This document shows positions 27,876 to 37,874 of a stretch of DNA of 64,000 bases, piece by piece. A model generated the notes under the pieces. It saw only the letters and a program-made list of their open reading frames with translations, was not told the origin of the DNA and made no database searches. How positions within the stretch are numbered: position 1 is the stretch's first letter; every line of letters begins with the position of its first letter. Location of the stretch: the NCBI GenBank assembly GCA_037200965.1, contig JBBCGK010000001.1, positions 832,001 through 896,000 on the forward strand, given 5' to 3'. The DNA comes from a bacterium (lineage in GTDB: Bacteria > Patescibacteriota > Minisyncoccia > Phycocordibacterales > Phycocordibacteraceae). Both the position numbers and the translations under genes were made by a program.

Positions 27876-28993
27876 GCAATTCAGCAGTACACGACCACAT
27901 CATCATCGGCGCCGGAATAGCCGGACTCTCGGCCGCGTACCACTTCGCCAAAGACGGCCATTCCGTCGTCGTGCTCGAGGCGACTGACGGCAAGAGCGGC
28001 GCGAGCTTCGCCTCGACCGCGGAAATGAATCATGATCCGGACGCGAAGTGGGAGAAGGTCGTGGAGCGGTTCGGCATTGAAGGCGCGCGGGAAGTCTGGG
28101 AACTGTCCGACTTCGCCATGGAGAAGCTCGCGGATTTCGCGCACCGCCCCGGAGAAGAGCATTTCGGCACCGAGCGGCTTCCCGCGCACCTGTTCTCGTA
28201 CAAAGACGGAGACGCGGGCATGCTTCGCGGCAAGTACGAGTTTTATAAGAGCATCGGCGCGAACGCAGAATTTACGGAAAACGGAAGCGCCCTCCATGAA
28301 AGCTTCAAAGCCGTCCTTACGATCAGGGACGAAGGCGCAACTAACAATCAGATGATACTCAAGGAACTCGCGCACGGCATGCGGGAATTGGGAGGAGAAA
28401 TCCACCATCACCGCCGCGCAGTCCGTATCGAAGAAAGCGCAGACGCCGTGCGTGTTGAGACCGAAAGCGGCGAACTTGTTTCCGGAAGAAGCGTACTTAT
28501 CGCCACGGGCGACGGCCGCGGGCTCGTACCCAAGGATCTTCTCATAGGGCGCATCCGCACGTTCGTCATCGCCTATGAAAAGCATGGTATGCGGGATATT
28601 TTCCGCGACTCGCTCATGTGGGATACCGACGAGCCGTTCCACTATGTCCGTCCCTTCGACCACACGCGGTTATGGGTGGGCGGGGAAGATGCGGATGAAA
28701 GCGCATACGACCCGAAAGACGAAAAAGAAAAGTATGCCGCGCTCGAGGACTATTCCAAAAACGTTCTGCATGTCGACGATGCATACAAACGGGACGGGCA
28801 GTGGAGCGGCGTCTTCTTCCCGAGCGATCGCGGCCTTCCGTATATCGGCGAGGTGCCGGGCAGCCGGATACGGCTGAGCCTCGGCTTCGGGGGCTCCGGC
28901 ATCCTCACGAGCTTCATCTCCGGCTATCTGCATGCCGCATGGCTTCGGGGCGAACTCCCCGAATACCGGCGGCTGTTTGCGGTGGGGTGGTAA
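27872..28993 (+). CDS. FAD-dependent oxidoreductase (DAO family)
   Basis: N-terminal HIIIGAGIAGLSAAYHF GxGxxG fold. ATGA overlap with the upstream fusion gene. Confidence 0.7.
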   Translation: MSNSAVHDHIIIGAGIAGLSAAYHFAKDGHSVVVLEATDGKSGASFASTAEMNHDPDAKWEKVVERFGIEGAREVWELSDFAMEKLADFAHRPGEEHFGTERLPAHLFSYKDGDAGMLRGKYEFYKSIGANAEFTENGSALHESFKAVLTIRDEGATNNQMILKELAHGMRELGGEIHHHRRAVRIEESADAVRVETESGELVSGRSVLIATGDGRGLVPKDLLIGRIRTFVIAYEKHGMRDIFRDSLMWDTDEPFHYVRPFDHTRLWVGGEDADESAYDPKDEKEKYAALEDYSKNVLHVDDAYKRDGQWSGVFFPSDRGLPYIGEVPGSRIRLSLGFGGSGILTSFISGYLHAAWLRGELPEYRRLFAVGW

Positions 28994-29036
28994 TACGGGA
29001 AAACTTCCCGGGCACGGCGTGCCCGGGAAGTCAGCG

Positions 29037-29570
29037 CTATACGTCGCGCACCTTGCGGACGATAGGTATGCGGACGCGAAGCATGCTTTCGCCTCGATTG
29101 CCGTATTTCACCCGAAACCCCTGCACGCCGTCGGTAAAGGTCTTGGCGTAGATGCCCATCGCGTTGAAGTTGAGCGTATACGCCCATACGACCAGGGTGA
29201 CGTGGCTCTCGATGCGCGTGTTCGTTTCTTGCGTCCACGCGATCACTTCGCGCAGACTTGCTTCGGTAAGCTTCGGGCCGAGCTTTTGGCCTTGGAACCG
29301 AGGGTCGATGCCGATCTGCTCGAGCTCGACGGCGGGTTCGGCCCGATGAAAACCGCCATGCGTTTGCCATCCCGCGTATCCGGCAACTTCGCCGTCGATT
29401 TCGATGACGAAATACTGATACAGCGGGAAGGACTTGAACCAACACGTCGCCCATTGGAGAGCGCCATCCGGCAAGTCCCGGTCGCCAAGGAATACGCCCG
29501 CATTGATCGCCGCTATACGTGGCAAGTCTTTTTCTTCGGCCCTGCGGACCGTTGCCTGTTGTTCACTCAC
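29037..29570 (-). CDS. GNAT family N-acetyltransferase
   Basis: ELEQIGIDPRFQGQKLGPKL acetyl-CoA binding motif. Confidence 0.7.
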   Translation of the reverse strand: MSEQQATVRRAEEKDLPRIAAINAGVFLGDRDLPDGALQWATCWFKSFPLYQYFVIEIDGEVAGYAGWQTHGGFHRAEPAVELEQIGIDPRFQGQKLGPKLTEASLREVIAWTQETNTRIESHVTLVVWAYTLNFNAMGIYAKTFTDGVQGFRVKYGNRGESMLRVRIPIVRKVRDV

Positions 29571-29632
29571 GCTCTCTGCTCCTATAAGGTTCGCCCCATC
29601 ACTGAGAACTTGTTTCCCGTATGCGAAGTTGC

Positions 29633-30337
29633 TTATCCAATCCCTAATGCTTTCAAAAATCCCTTGAGCGGCGGACCCTCGATCGGTCGGAACGCCCCGG
29701 ACGGGAGGCTCCCGAGTGCGATGTTCATCACCTTGGTGCGTTTGAGTTCGACCGTGTCGTTATGGAGCATCGAGACCATCCGGCGTATCTGGTGCTTCTT
29801 GCCTTCGGTGAGGGTGACGGCGAAGGCCTTTTCGCCAAGCAGCTTCACCTTTGCGGGCTTGGTCACATAGCCGTCTTCGAGTTCGACGCCTTTCTCCATG
29901 TGCTCCTTAAAGCTGGGCCGCAGCTTGTCGCGCGTCTTCACGACATATTCTTTCTCGTGGTCGTGATCGGGATTCAGCAGCCGATCGGTCACGCGCCCGT
30001 CGTTCGTGAGGATGATGAGGCCGTGCGAAGCCTTATCAAGACGGCCCACGGGGAAGACATCCGCAAGCTCGGGGAAGCTGCTCAAGGCGCCTTTTATGTC
30101 TTCTTCGTCTTCTTCCTGCGGCGAGTGGGTAATGACGCCCTTGGGCTTATGGTACGCGAAATATTTGTATTCCTTGGGCTTGTGGCCCGAGCGGAGTTCT
30201 ACTTTGTCGCCCTCCTCCACCTTGTCGCCAAGCACGGCGATGCGGTCGTTGAGGAGCACCTTCTTGGCTTCGATAAGCTCGTCGGCACCGCGCCTTGTCG
30301 CGTGGCCCTGGCGGGCGAGGTATTTATTGATGCGCAT
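29633..30337 (-). CDS. Pseudouridine synthase, RsuA/RluB family, with an S4 domain
   Basis: MRINKYLARQGHATRRGADELI (S4) and the catalytic motif PVGRLDKASHGLIILTNDG. Confidence 0.85.
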   Translation of the reverse strand: MRINKYLARQGHATRRGADELIEAKKVLLNDRIAVLGDKVEEGDKVELRSGHKPKEYKYFAYHKPKGVITHSPQEEDEEDIKGALSSFPELADVFPVGRLDKASHGLIILTNDGRVTDRLLNPDHDHEKEYVVKTRDKLRPSFKEHMEKGVELEDGYVTKPAKVKLLGEKAFAVTLTEGKKHQIRRMVSMLHNDTVELKRTKVMNIALGSLPSGAFRPIEGPPLKGFLKALGIG

Positions 30338-30439
30338 CGGGTATTCGGACGCGCTTTCTTTTTTCGGTGGCGGTTTTATCCCTTGACTATACCATGACTC
30401 TAATGGTATATCTAGCGCGGGTTGTTTCAGGAGTCAGAT

Positions 30440-30703
30440 ATGTCTAAGACGCTGAATGAGCATATGGATGAAGTCTTTCCACATGCTGGTGGCTTTGACC
30501 ACCTCCAAAACTACATCACACGATGGGCGCAGACGCTTCCGGAAAATGGACGAGGCGGTGAAGGGAAGTTCCCGCCCGCCGCGGCCGAAAAAATCGACCA
30601 AGTCTTCGCTCTTCTTGAGGGCGACGAACTTGCTCGGGCTCTGCTCGCCCACTACCTCAAATTCGCCCAACTGAATGCCCCTGCTTATCTTTTTCTGTGC
30701 TAA
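30440..30703 (+). CDS. Hypothetical small protein
   Basis: Short ORF with host-like codon usage. No family recognised. Confidence 0.3.
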   Translation: MSKTLNEHMDEVFPHAGGFDHLQNYITRWAQTLPENGRGGEGKFPPAAAEKIDQVFALLEGDELARALLAHYLKFAQLNAPAYLFLC

Positions 30704-30801
30704 CGCGCCAGAGAACAAGGCCGACCCTGATTAATACTCAGGGTCGTTTTGTTTTGCCCATACTCGCGAAATGCTCGTCCGACTGATAAGGTAACCGAAT
30801 C

Positions 30802-32253
30802 ATGGCGCGCGAAGAAACCGTCGTCCGGTTCGAAGACGTTTCGTTTGAATACGGGCACAACAAGCCGATCCTCGAGGAGGTGAATTTCGGCGTGCGCACG
30901 GGTATGAAGGTCGCGGTAATGGGCCAGAACGGCGCGGGGAAGACGACGCTCTTCGAACTTATCGCGGGCACCAAGTCGCCCGAGAGCGGACGCGTGCTCC
31001 TTTCTTCCGGCGCCACCATCGCCACCGCGAAGCAGGTGATACCGCGCGGGGACCTTGATCTTAGCGTCCGCGCCTTTTTCGAGAAGTGCTTCCCGAAGAA
31101 GGTATACGACATCGACCCCAAGATTGAGACCGTACTTGATGCCGTAGGCCTCAAGGCGCCGCTTGACCGCACTCTTCGCACGTTTTCCGGCGGCCAGCAG
31201 GCGAGACTCCTCCTTGCTTACGCGCTTATCCAAAGCCCCGACATCCTCCTTCTTGACGAGCCCACGAACAATCTCGACGCGGGCGGAATCAGGCACCTGA
31301 CGGAGTTCCTCACCGGATACCCGAAGACCGTGGTCGTGATCTCGCACGACGCGGAGTTCCTCAACGCCTTCACCGAAGGCGTCCTCTATCTCGACGCGTA
31401 CACGCGGAAGGTCGAGCAGTATTTCGGAAACTATAACGACGTACAGCGGGACATCGAGGCCCGCATCGAGCGCGAGAACCGCAAGAACGCGCTGCTCGCC
31501 AAGGAAATACAGGCGAACAAGGACAAGGCGAACTTCTTCGCGCAGAAAGGAGGCAAGATGCGGCTTGTCGCGAAGAAGATGCGGAACCTCGTCGAGGAGA
31601 TGGAGGAAGAGAAAGTCGATGTGCGAAAGGAAGACAAGACTATCCGGCCCTTCACCATTCCCGCCCAGCAGGGTCTTACCGGGGAGATTCTCAACATCAG
31701 TTCCTTCATGCGCACGAAGAATCATAAGGCGGTGAAGCACAAGGCGCGGGTGATTCTCTCCCGCGGCCAGCATCTTCTCGTTAAAGCCCCGAACGGGTAC
31801 GGGAAGACGACGCTTCTTGAAGCGATCGCGTCGGGGAAGGCGGAAGGAGCGAATGTGCAGGAAGGAGTGAAGATCGGCTATTATCGGCAGGATTTCTCGA
31901 CGCTCAATTTCGAACACACCGCATACGAGTCGCTTATGAAAGGAATGGGCCAGCCGGATGAGCAGAAGCTCCGGGCCGTCGCCGCAGGCTTTCTCATTAC
32001 GGGCGAGGCGCTCAAAAACAAGATCGGCAGCCTCTCGGAAGGGCAGAAGGGCCTGGTCGCGTTTGCGGGGCTGGTGCTTTCCTCGCCCGGCCTCCTCATC
32101 CTCGACGAGCCGACGAACCATATCAATTTCCGGCACTTGCCGGTGATTGCAAAAGCCTTAAGCGAGTATGCGGGCGCGATGGTGCTTGTCAGCCACGCGG
32201 AAGAGTTCATGGCGCAGATACGGATAGACGAGATTCTTGATATGGAGAAATAA
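30802..32253 (+). CDS. ABC-F family ATPase (tandem ABC domains, no TM domain)
   Basis: Two Walker A sites (GQNGAGKTT, APNGYGKTT), two LSGGQ-like signatures (FSGGQQ, LSEGQK), two Walker B sites (LLLDEPTN, LILDEPTN). Confidence 0.8.
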   Translation: MAREETVVRFEDVSFEYGHNKPILEEVNFGVRTGMKVAVMGQNGAGKTTLFELIAGTKSPESGRVLLSSGATIATAKQVIPRGDLDLSVRAFFEKCFPKKVYDIDPKIETVLDAVGLKAPLDRTLRTFSGGQQARLLLAYALIQSPDILLLDEPTNNLDAGGIRHLTEFLTGYPKTVVVISHDAEFLNAFTEGVLYLDAYTRKVEQYFGNYNDVQRDIEARIERENRKNALLAKEIQANKDKANFFAQKGGKMRLVAKKMRNLVEEMEEEKVDVRKEDKTIRPFTIPAQQGLTGEILNISSFMRTKNHKAVKHKARVILSRGQHLLVKAPNGYGKTTLLEAIASGKAEGANVQEGVKIGYYRQDFSTLNFEHTAYESLMKGMGQPDEQKLRAVAAGFLITGEALKNKIGSLSEGQKGLVAFAGLVLSSPGLLILDEPTNHINFRHLPVIAKALSEYAGAMVLVSHAEEFMAQIRIDEILDMEK

Positions 32254-32269
32254 CCCCGTCGGATTCTGT

Positions 32270-33265
32270 CTATAAAATGCCCCTGAATAAATGAACCGTA
32301 TGGCCAACCGGAATCCCTTGATGGTAGAGCTCCGCGGCTTCTCCCGCGGAGACCTTGAAAGGAGTGAGTAGTTTCTTCACTTCCTCGCCGCTTACCTGAA
32401 AGGATGGATTCTCGATACCTGCCTGATGCAGCGCTTCTTTGCTTTCCGTATACCGATAGAAATCGAAGCTGGTACCATATGCCTCCTCAAGACGGTGATA
32501 ACCCTCGAAATCTATGAGCGCTTCCGTTTGTTCCTTGAACCCCACCACCACTTCCTCCATACGGTATCCGCATGCGGCGAAGAGCTTCCGTACTTCTTCG
32601 AGCGGCATCCTGCCGCCGAGTTCCGTGATGATTGAACCCCCTTCAACAAGTATATTCTTCGCGCTTTGGAGAAAAGCATATTGCGCGCCAAGGGCCCATC
32701 CCAGGAATTCTTCCGGGGGATGATAGCCCTCGTACGTACCGACCATAAGGAACGTCCCCTTTTCCGCGCCCTTTGTCAGATCTTCTTCGCCGGTAGCGGG
32801 GAGATTCGGGATATTACCATGAACGAACTCGACTTTCTTTCCGGTCTTTTCAATAGGTTCGCAAAACGACCCGACGACAGGAGTGATCGTAAGATCTTTG
32901 TTCGTAATCGTATGGTGTAAGTTGTAGATCGTACCCTCGAGTATCCCTTCATCTATATCGGTGACGATGAGTTCTTTTACGTCTTGGTCGAAGATCCTGG
33001 CGATAGCGATTGCTTCTACCCCGCTGCAGATACCGACGATGCTAATGCGCTCCGGCTGACGTCCTTCTTGTTCGAGCATTGTCCTGAAATGCTTCATGCC
33101 TACTGCGGTGTAATAGGCCCAGTTGTCTTCGATATCGGTCTTGTAGGGATACATGCCGTCCGTCTCAACAATAGTTGTCGGAGTATCTCCGATGCCAGCC
33201 ATATAAAGAAGCGGGGCTATATCCACTGACCGACCTTCAAGCGCATCAAGATTTTTCATATCCAA
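32270..33265 (-). CDS. Hypothetical protein, possible class I methyltransferase fold
   Basis: ISIVGICSGVEAIAIARIF ... LIVTDID resemble MTase motifs I/II. Weak. Confidence 0.4.
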   Translation of the reverse strand: MDMKNLDALEGRSVDIAPLLYMAGIGDTPTTIVETDGMYPYKTDIEDNWAYYTAVGMKHFRTMLEQEGRQPERISIVGICSGVEAIAIARIFDQDVKELIVTDIDEGILEGTIYNLHHTITNKDLTITPVVGSFCEPIEKTGKKVEFVHGNIPNLPATGEEDLTKGAEKGTFLMVGTYEGYHPPEEFLGWALGAQYAFLQSAKNILVEGGSIITELGGRMPLEEVRKLFAACGYRMEEVVVGFKEQTEALIDFEGYHRLEEAYGTSFDFYRYTESKEALHQAGIENPSFQVSGEEVKKLLTPFKVSAGEAAELYHQGIPVGHTVHLFRGIL

Positions 33266-33325
33266 ATATTATCCTGCCTGGTTGAGTTAATCCAGCCTTC
33301 ACCTCCCGCGCGGTACAAAGGACGT

Positions 33326-33781
33326 ATGCCAAACGCCATAAGCATCATCAAGCGGGACCATCGGGCGGTCGAGAAGGATTATAAAACCTATAAGCGGGCG
33401 AAGGACAAGGACCAGAAACGCAGGATCGCAGAGCGCATCTTCGACGCGCTCGACGCGCACGCGAAAATGGAAGAAGAGGTGTTTTATCCGGCGGTGACGG
33501 AAGCGGGAGGGCCGGAACTGCAGAAGATGATTGTCGAGGCGCTTGAGGAGCACGGCGAAATGAAGCATCTCGTCGCGCGTTTCCGCGCCCCGAACGCCGA
33601 GGAGCGGGCGGGAATGGGCATGCGCATCGACGAGCTTCTCGCGGGCGTGATGCATCACGTGAAGGAAGAGGAGAAATCGCTTCTTCCAAAATCCGCACGG
33701 GCGCTCGGAAAAGCCCGTATCACGGCGCTTGGAGAGCGGATGGAGCCAATGTCGCCGAGCGCGAAGCTTCCGAAACCCTAG
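33326..33781 (+). CDS. Hemerythrin HHE cation-binding domain protein
   Basis: IKRDHRAVEKDY...EEEVFYP...HGEMKHLV...MHHVKEEE are His/Glu pairs typical of the hemerythrin-like fold. Confidence 0.65.
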   Translation: MPNAISIIKRDHRAVEKDYKTYKRAKDKDQKRRIAERIFDALDAHAKMEEEVFYPAVTEAGGPELQKMIVEALEEHGEMKHLVARFRAPNAEERAGMGMRIDELLAGVMHHVKEEEKSLLPKSARALGKARITALGERMEPMSPSAKLPKP

Positions 33782-33841
33782 CCACGCCGCCGCATACGGC
33801 GCGGTATACTGGGCATAGCCTTATCCATTATCGCCCGCCGT

Positions 33842-34747
33842 ATGGAAAAACCCGCCTCAACGCTTTGGACCGGAGTCGTCGTGCTTGCCGTCGCGATCCT
33901 CGCCGCTTTTCTCTATGCGTACTCGATGCATCAGCCGCCGGCGTTCGTGATGCCCGGCGGAGAGAGCGTTTCGTATTCCTGCGGCGGACAGAAAGGGATC
34001 GCCGCGGCATACGCGAGTTCGACCGTTGCGCTCGCGCTTTCCGACGGGCGGAGCATAAACCTGCCGCAAGTCCCGTCGGGCTCCGGCATACGGTACGAGG
34101 GCACGGCGGAGGATGGGAGCGATATCACGTTCGTCTCAAAAGGCGACAACGCGTTTCTTGAAGAGAACGGATCGGTGACGTACTCGGACTGCCTTGCGGG
34201 TACGAGCGCCGCTTCCGCTTCGGGGACGCTTTTCACCGACGCGGGCAAGACCTTCAGCTTCGAATACGCTCCGCCGATTACGGTTTCCGGCGGGGGAGTC
34301 GGCTATTCGACGGACTGGATGGTGAACGCGACGGCTTCGGGCCTCGTGCTCGCGGTCGCGACGCTCCCGGATTCCTTCGAGCCTTCGACCAATTTCCGGG
34401 GAGCGAAACTCACCGTCGGCACGAGCGCGGATCCTTCGGCCGTCGCGACCTGCCTTACTTATGAACCGACCGGGGGACCGGCGGCAACGACCACTACCTC
34501 GCTCATCAACGGCACGTCCTACCGGGTCCTCCATACAAGCGACGCGGGCGCCGGGAATTTCTACGAGACGACGAGCTACCGCACCGTACGTGATAACCAG
34601 TGCTATGCGATCGAATACACCATCCACACTACCAACATCGGCAATTATTCGCCTGACCAGGGAATCACCGCCTATGATCAGGCGAAAGTGACGCATCTCC
34701 TCGGCGACGTGGTGCAGAGCTTCAGGTTCCTCGCGCCCGGCTCATAA
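33842..34747 (+). CDS. Membrane-anchored protein with an N-terminal MliC-like domain and a C-terminal domain of unknown function
   Basis: SYSCGGQKGIAAAY...LSDGRSINLPQVPSGSGIRYEG...FVSKGDNAFL...YSDC matches the MliC pattern (C...SGSG.RY...KGD.A.L...C). Confidence 0.5.
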   Translation: MEKPASTLWTGVVVLAVAILAAFLYAYSMHQPPAFVMPGGESVSYSCGGQKGIAAAYASSTVALALSDGRSINLPQVPSGSGIRYEGTAEDGSDITFVSKGDNAFLEENGSVTYSDCLAGTSAASASGTLFTDAGKTFSFEYAPPITVSGGGVGYSTDWMVNATASGLVLAVATLPDSFEPSTNFRGAKLTVGTSADPSAVATCLTYEPTGGPAATTTTSLINGTSYRVLHTSDAGAGNFYETTSYRTVRDNQCYAIEYTIHTTNIGNYSPDQGITAYDQAKVTHLLGDVVQSFRFLAPGS

Positions 34748-34748
34748 G

Positions 34749-35471
34749 ATGAGGCTCACGCTCGCGATCGTGCTCCTTGAGCTCGCCGTCGCGGCGCTTC
34801 TTTTGTGGGGTGCCGGAAGTTTCCTGTATCGCGCAAGCATTTCGCTCGGGCTTGTGCGCGCCGCAAAACCCTTCGAACTTGGCGGAACTAATTATGCCAA
34901 GACGCTTCTCGTACTTGGCGACAGCACGGGCGTCGGGGTCGGTGCCGCAAGGCCCGAAGAGACGGTCGCAGGGCTTCTTGGGAAAGGCATCGGAGCGACA
35001 TACGTCGAGAATCATGCCGTATCGGGCGCGGTCTCGAAGGATCTCAAAAAGCAGATGGCACAGACGAAGCTCGGCCGCTACGACGCGATACTTCTCCAGA
35101 TCGGCGCGAATGATATCATCGCCTGGCGAAGCGCCCCGGATACGGCAGCTACGCTCGCGCCCCTGCTTGAGGAGCTTTCGAAACGAGGCGGCCGCGTCTA
35201 CTGGATGTCCGCGGGGAATGTGGGCGGGGCGACCATCTTTCCGTTTTTCCTTCGCCCCTTCTATACCGCACTTAACCTGAAATATCACTCGGCCTTTGCC
35301 GCGCTTGCGCAGGAAAAGGGAATTACGTACGTGAATTTATATACGCCGCCTGCCAAGGATCCGTTCGCAAAGCATCCGGAAATATATCTTGCCAAGGACG
35401 GCCTCCATCCTTCTTCCGCGGGCTATGCGCTCTTCTACCAACGCCTTAAGGAAAGCGCAGGTATACAATAG
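34749..35471 (+). CDS. SGNH/GDSL hydrolase
   Basis: LVLGDSTGVG (GDS block) and DGLHPS (catalytic His block). Confidence 0.7.
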   Translation: MRLTLAIVLLELAVAALLLWGAGSFLYRASISLGLVRAAKPFELGGTNYAKTLLVLGDSTGVGVGAARPEETVAGLLGKGIGATYVENHAVSGAVSKDLKKQMAQTKLGRYDAILLQIGANDIIAWRSAPDTAATLAPLLEELSKRGGRVYWMSAGNVGGATIFPFFLRPFYTALNLKYHSAFAALAQEKGITYVNLYTPPAKDPFAKHPEIYLAKDGLHPSSAGYALFYQRLKESAGIQ

Positions 35472-35477
35472 CGGCAT

Positions 35478-36161
35478 ATGGAAGCGGCGGAATACGGCGG
35501 AGGGGCGCTCTCATGGCTTCGAACATGCGCATGGTATAGCGGAGGATTGGTAGCGGTTCTGGCGCTTCTCATTCTCCTCGTTCCGATCGGAATGCGGGAG
35601 AGCACCGCGCCGTATATTTATACGTCGATCGAAGGCGCGCCGGAGGTCGAGACCGCGCTCGTGCTTGGCGCCTCGGTCATTCGCGGCGAGCCGTCGCCGA
35701 TTCTTGAAGCCAGGACCGACAGCGCGATCGAGCTTTATAAGGCGGGGAAGGCGGGGAAAATCCTGGTCACGGGCGACAACGGCGCGCTCAATCACGACGA
35801 GGTGACGCCCGTCAGGAAATACCTCATCGACGCGGGGGTCGCCGCCGAAGACATCTTCCTCGACCATGCGGGATTCGACACCTACAGCAGCATGTACCGC
35901 GCGCGAAGCGTGTTTGGCGTGACTTCCGTGATCGTGGTGACGCAGGATTTCCATCTTCCGCGCGCGGTATTCATCGCGCGCGCCCTTGGCCTTCCCGCCT
36001 ACGGCTTCCCCGCACGCGAGGAGCGCGGTACCTTCTATAACTATCTGAGGGAAGTTCCGGCGTCCGTAAAGGCGGCGCGGGACCTGCTTATGCGCCGCGT
36101 TCCCGAATATCTGGGCCCGGCAATTCCCATTTCGGGAGACGGTTCGACGACGTGGTATTAA
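35478..36161 (+). CDS. SanA/YdcF (DUF218) family protein
   Basis: N-terminal TM. ILVTGDNGALNHDEV core of DUF218. Confidence 0.65.
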   Translation: MEAAEYGGGALSWLRTCAWYSGGLVAVLALLILLVPIGMRESTAPYIYTSIEGAPEVETALVLGASVIRGEPSPILEARTDSAIELYKAGKAGKILVTGDNGALNHDEVTPVRKYLIDAGVAAEDIFLDHAGFDTYSSMYRARSVFGVTSVIVVTQDFHLPRAVFIARALGLPAYGFPAREERGTFYNYLREVPASVKAARDLLMRRVPEYLGPAIPISGDGSTTWY

Positions 36162-36248
36162 CTCTTCATGAACCCTTCAGGCAGGCAAGGTATACTGGAG
36201 CGCGAGTGCGTATAGATTACCGGACCTAACTCTTACTTCTACACCAAC

Positions 36249-37064
36249 ATGACCAAATACCTCAGTTCTCCGGCGCTGGCCCTCGCGCTCGCGCTTCTCG
36301 CTGTAACTCCGGCAGCAGCGGCAACCATTGACGTTGACGCTTCCGGAAGCACGGCCGCAGGAAGCGCCGTAAGCGTTTCTTCCGATTCATCGGCAGGAGC
36401 AAGCACCGATATCGTCACACCCGTTAAGGCGGACGTGCAGGTAACGACTTCGCAGGCTGTCGTGCAGCCGGGAGCCCGCGGCACGACGACCGGGAGCGGT
36501 ACTATCGACACAGGCAGCGGAATGCAGGGCTCGGTTTCCGCAGACGGCGGCGTACAAGCCGGTCTCGGCATCCTGAACGTCACCCGCGCGAACGCCGACA
36601 GCATGCTGTCGGCAGGCGCGGAGGTTGGTAGCTCAGGGATGGTCAGCGACCGCCAGAGCCTCTCAACCTACGCGGCGGCTACGCTTAAGGGCGACACCGA
36701 TCTCGAAGGCGTGGAGTTTTCGGGCGATCACGTGGCCGTAAGCTATAAGGAACGGGCTCATCTCTTCGGCTTCATCCCGCTGTGGGTTACGGCCCGCGCG
36801 CAGGCGAACGCCGACGGGAGCGTGAAAGTCTCGTACCCGTGGTACGGCTTCCTTATGTCGACCGCGTCCGATGACATAGAAGCGCAAGTCAAGGCTGATG
36901 CGACCGCGACGCTTTCCGGAAGCGGAGCGTCGGCAATGCTCTCTGCGACGACACAGGCCAAACTCTTCGACCAGCTCCGCCGCGCGATGAAAGCGGCGCA
37001 TGACACGGAGGTAAGTGCGGATGTTGACGCAAGCGCGAGCGGCAGTGCGGCAAGCGGCTACTAA
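36249..37064 (+). CDS. Secreted hypothetical protein
   Basis: Signal peptide ending AAAATIDVDA. Ser/Ala/Thr/Gly-rich. Confidence 0.5.
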   Translation: MTKYLSSPALALALALLAVTPAAAATIDVDASGSTAAGSAVSVSSDSSAGASTDIVTPVKADVQVTTSQAVVQPGARGTTTGSGTIDTGSGMQGSVSADGGVQAGLGILNVTRANADSMLSAGAEVGSSGMVSDRQSLSTYAAATLKGDTDLEGVEFSGDHVAVSYKERAHLFGFIPLWVTARAQANADGSVKVSYPWYGFLMSTASDDIEAQVKADATATLSGSGASAMLSATTQAKLFDQLRRAMKAAHDTEVSADVDASASGSAASGY

Positions 37065-37134
37065 ATCCCCGAAGTTCATAAAACAACACGGCGCCTTTGG
37101 CGCCGTGTTGTTTTCATAGTGGTACACTGCCTCT

Positions 37135-37638
37135 ATGACTTCCTCCAAAGCGGCCCGGGCCCTTTTCCTTCGAAACGTGATATTCGGCGTCGAAGACAGC
37201 CTGGTCTCGACCGTGGGGCTCCTCTCCGGCATTACGCTTGGCGCGACGCCGCGTTCCATCGTCCTTCTCACGGGCCTCGTCTATGTGTTCGTCGAAGGGT
37301 TCTCGATGGCGGTGGGGAGTTTCCTGTCGGAAGAAGGCGCGCAGGAGTATGCGGGTAATAAGAAGTCGGCGCTCGGAAGCTCCATCTTCGGCGCGTTCGT
37401 GATGCTCGTCTCGTTTGTGATTGCCGGGTTCATTCCGCTTATCCCGTACATCCTCCTTGCCGACCAGAGCGCCATCTGGGTATCGGTCGCCGCTTCGATC
37501 CTCGCGCTCTTTCTTCTTGGAGTTGCGGGAGGGAAGCTCGCGGGTACGGGGATGATAAGCCGGGGGCTTCGCATGGCGCTTCTTGGAGGCTTCGCGATCG
37601 CTATCGGCGTTCTCGTATCTCATTTCTTCAGGGTATAA
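37135..37638 (+). CDS. VIT1/CCC1 family iron/manganese transporter
   Basis: FGVEDSLVSTVGLLSGI ... FSMAVGSFLS are conserved VIT family motifs. Confidence 0.7.
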   Translation: MTSSKAARALFLRNVIFGVEDSLVSTVGLLSGITLGATPRSIVLLTGLVYVFVEGFSMAVGSFLSEEGAQEYAGNKKSALGSSIFGAFVMLVSFVIAGFIPLIPYILLADQSAIWVSVAASILALFLLGVAGGKLAGTGMISRGLRMALLGGFAIAIGVLVSHFFRV

Positions 37639-37874
37639 GGCCCCGGCCTCATTAATGGTGCTTGCGTTGAAATTAATTTTCGTTCGCAGTATAGTAAGTG
37701 CATATGGCAGTTAATGAAAAAAGACAAAGGGTCAATTTCACCGCTACAAAGATTATTTCAAAGCCTGCGGTAATTCGTTTCCAAACAAAAAATGGGCAAT
37801 TGGTGACCTTCAAGGGACATAAGGACATACCCGCGCCCGTTCGTGTGAGTTTTATGAGAAAGGGAAGATAGGAT

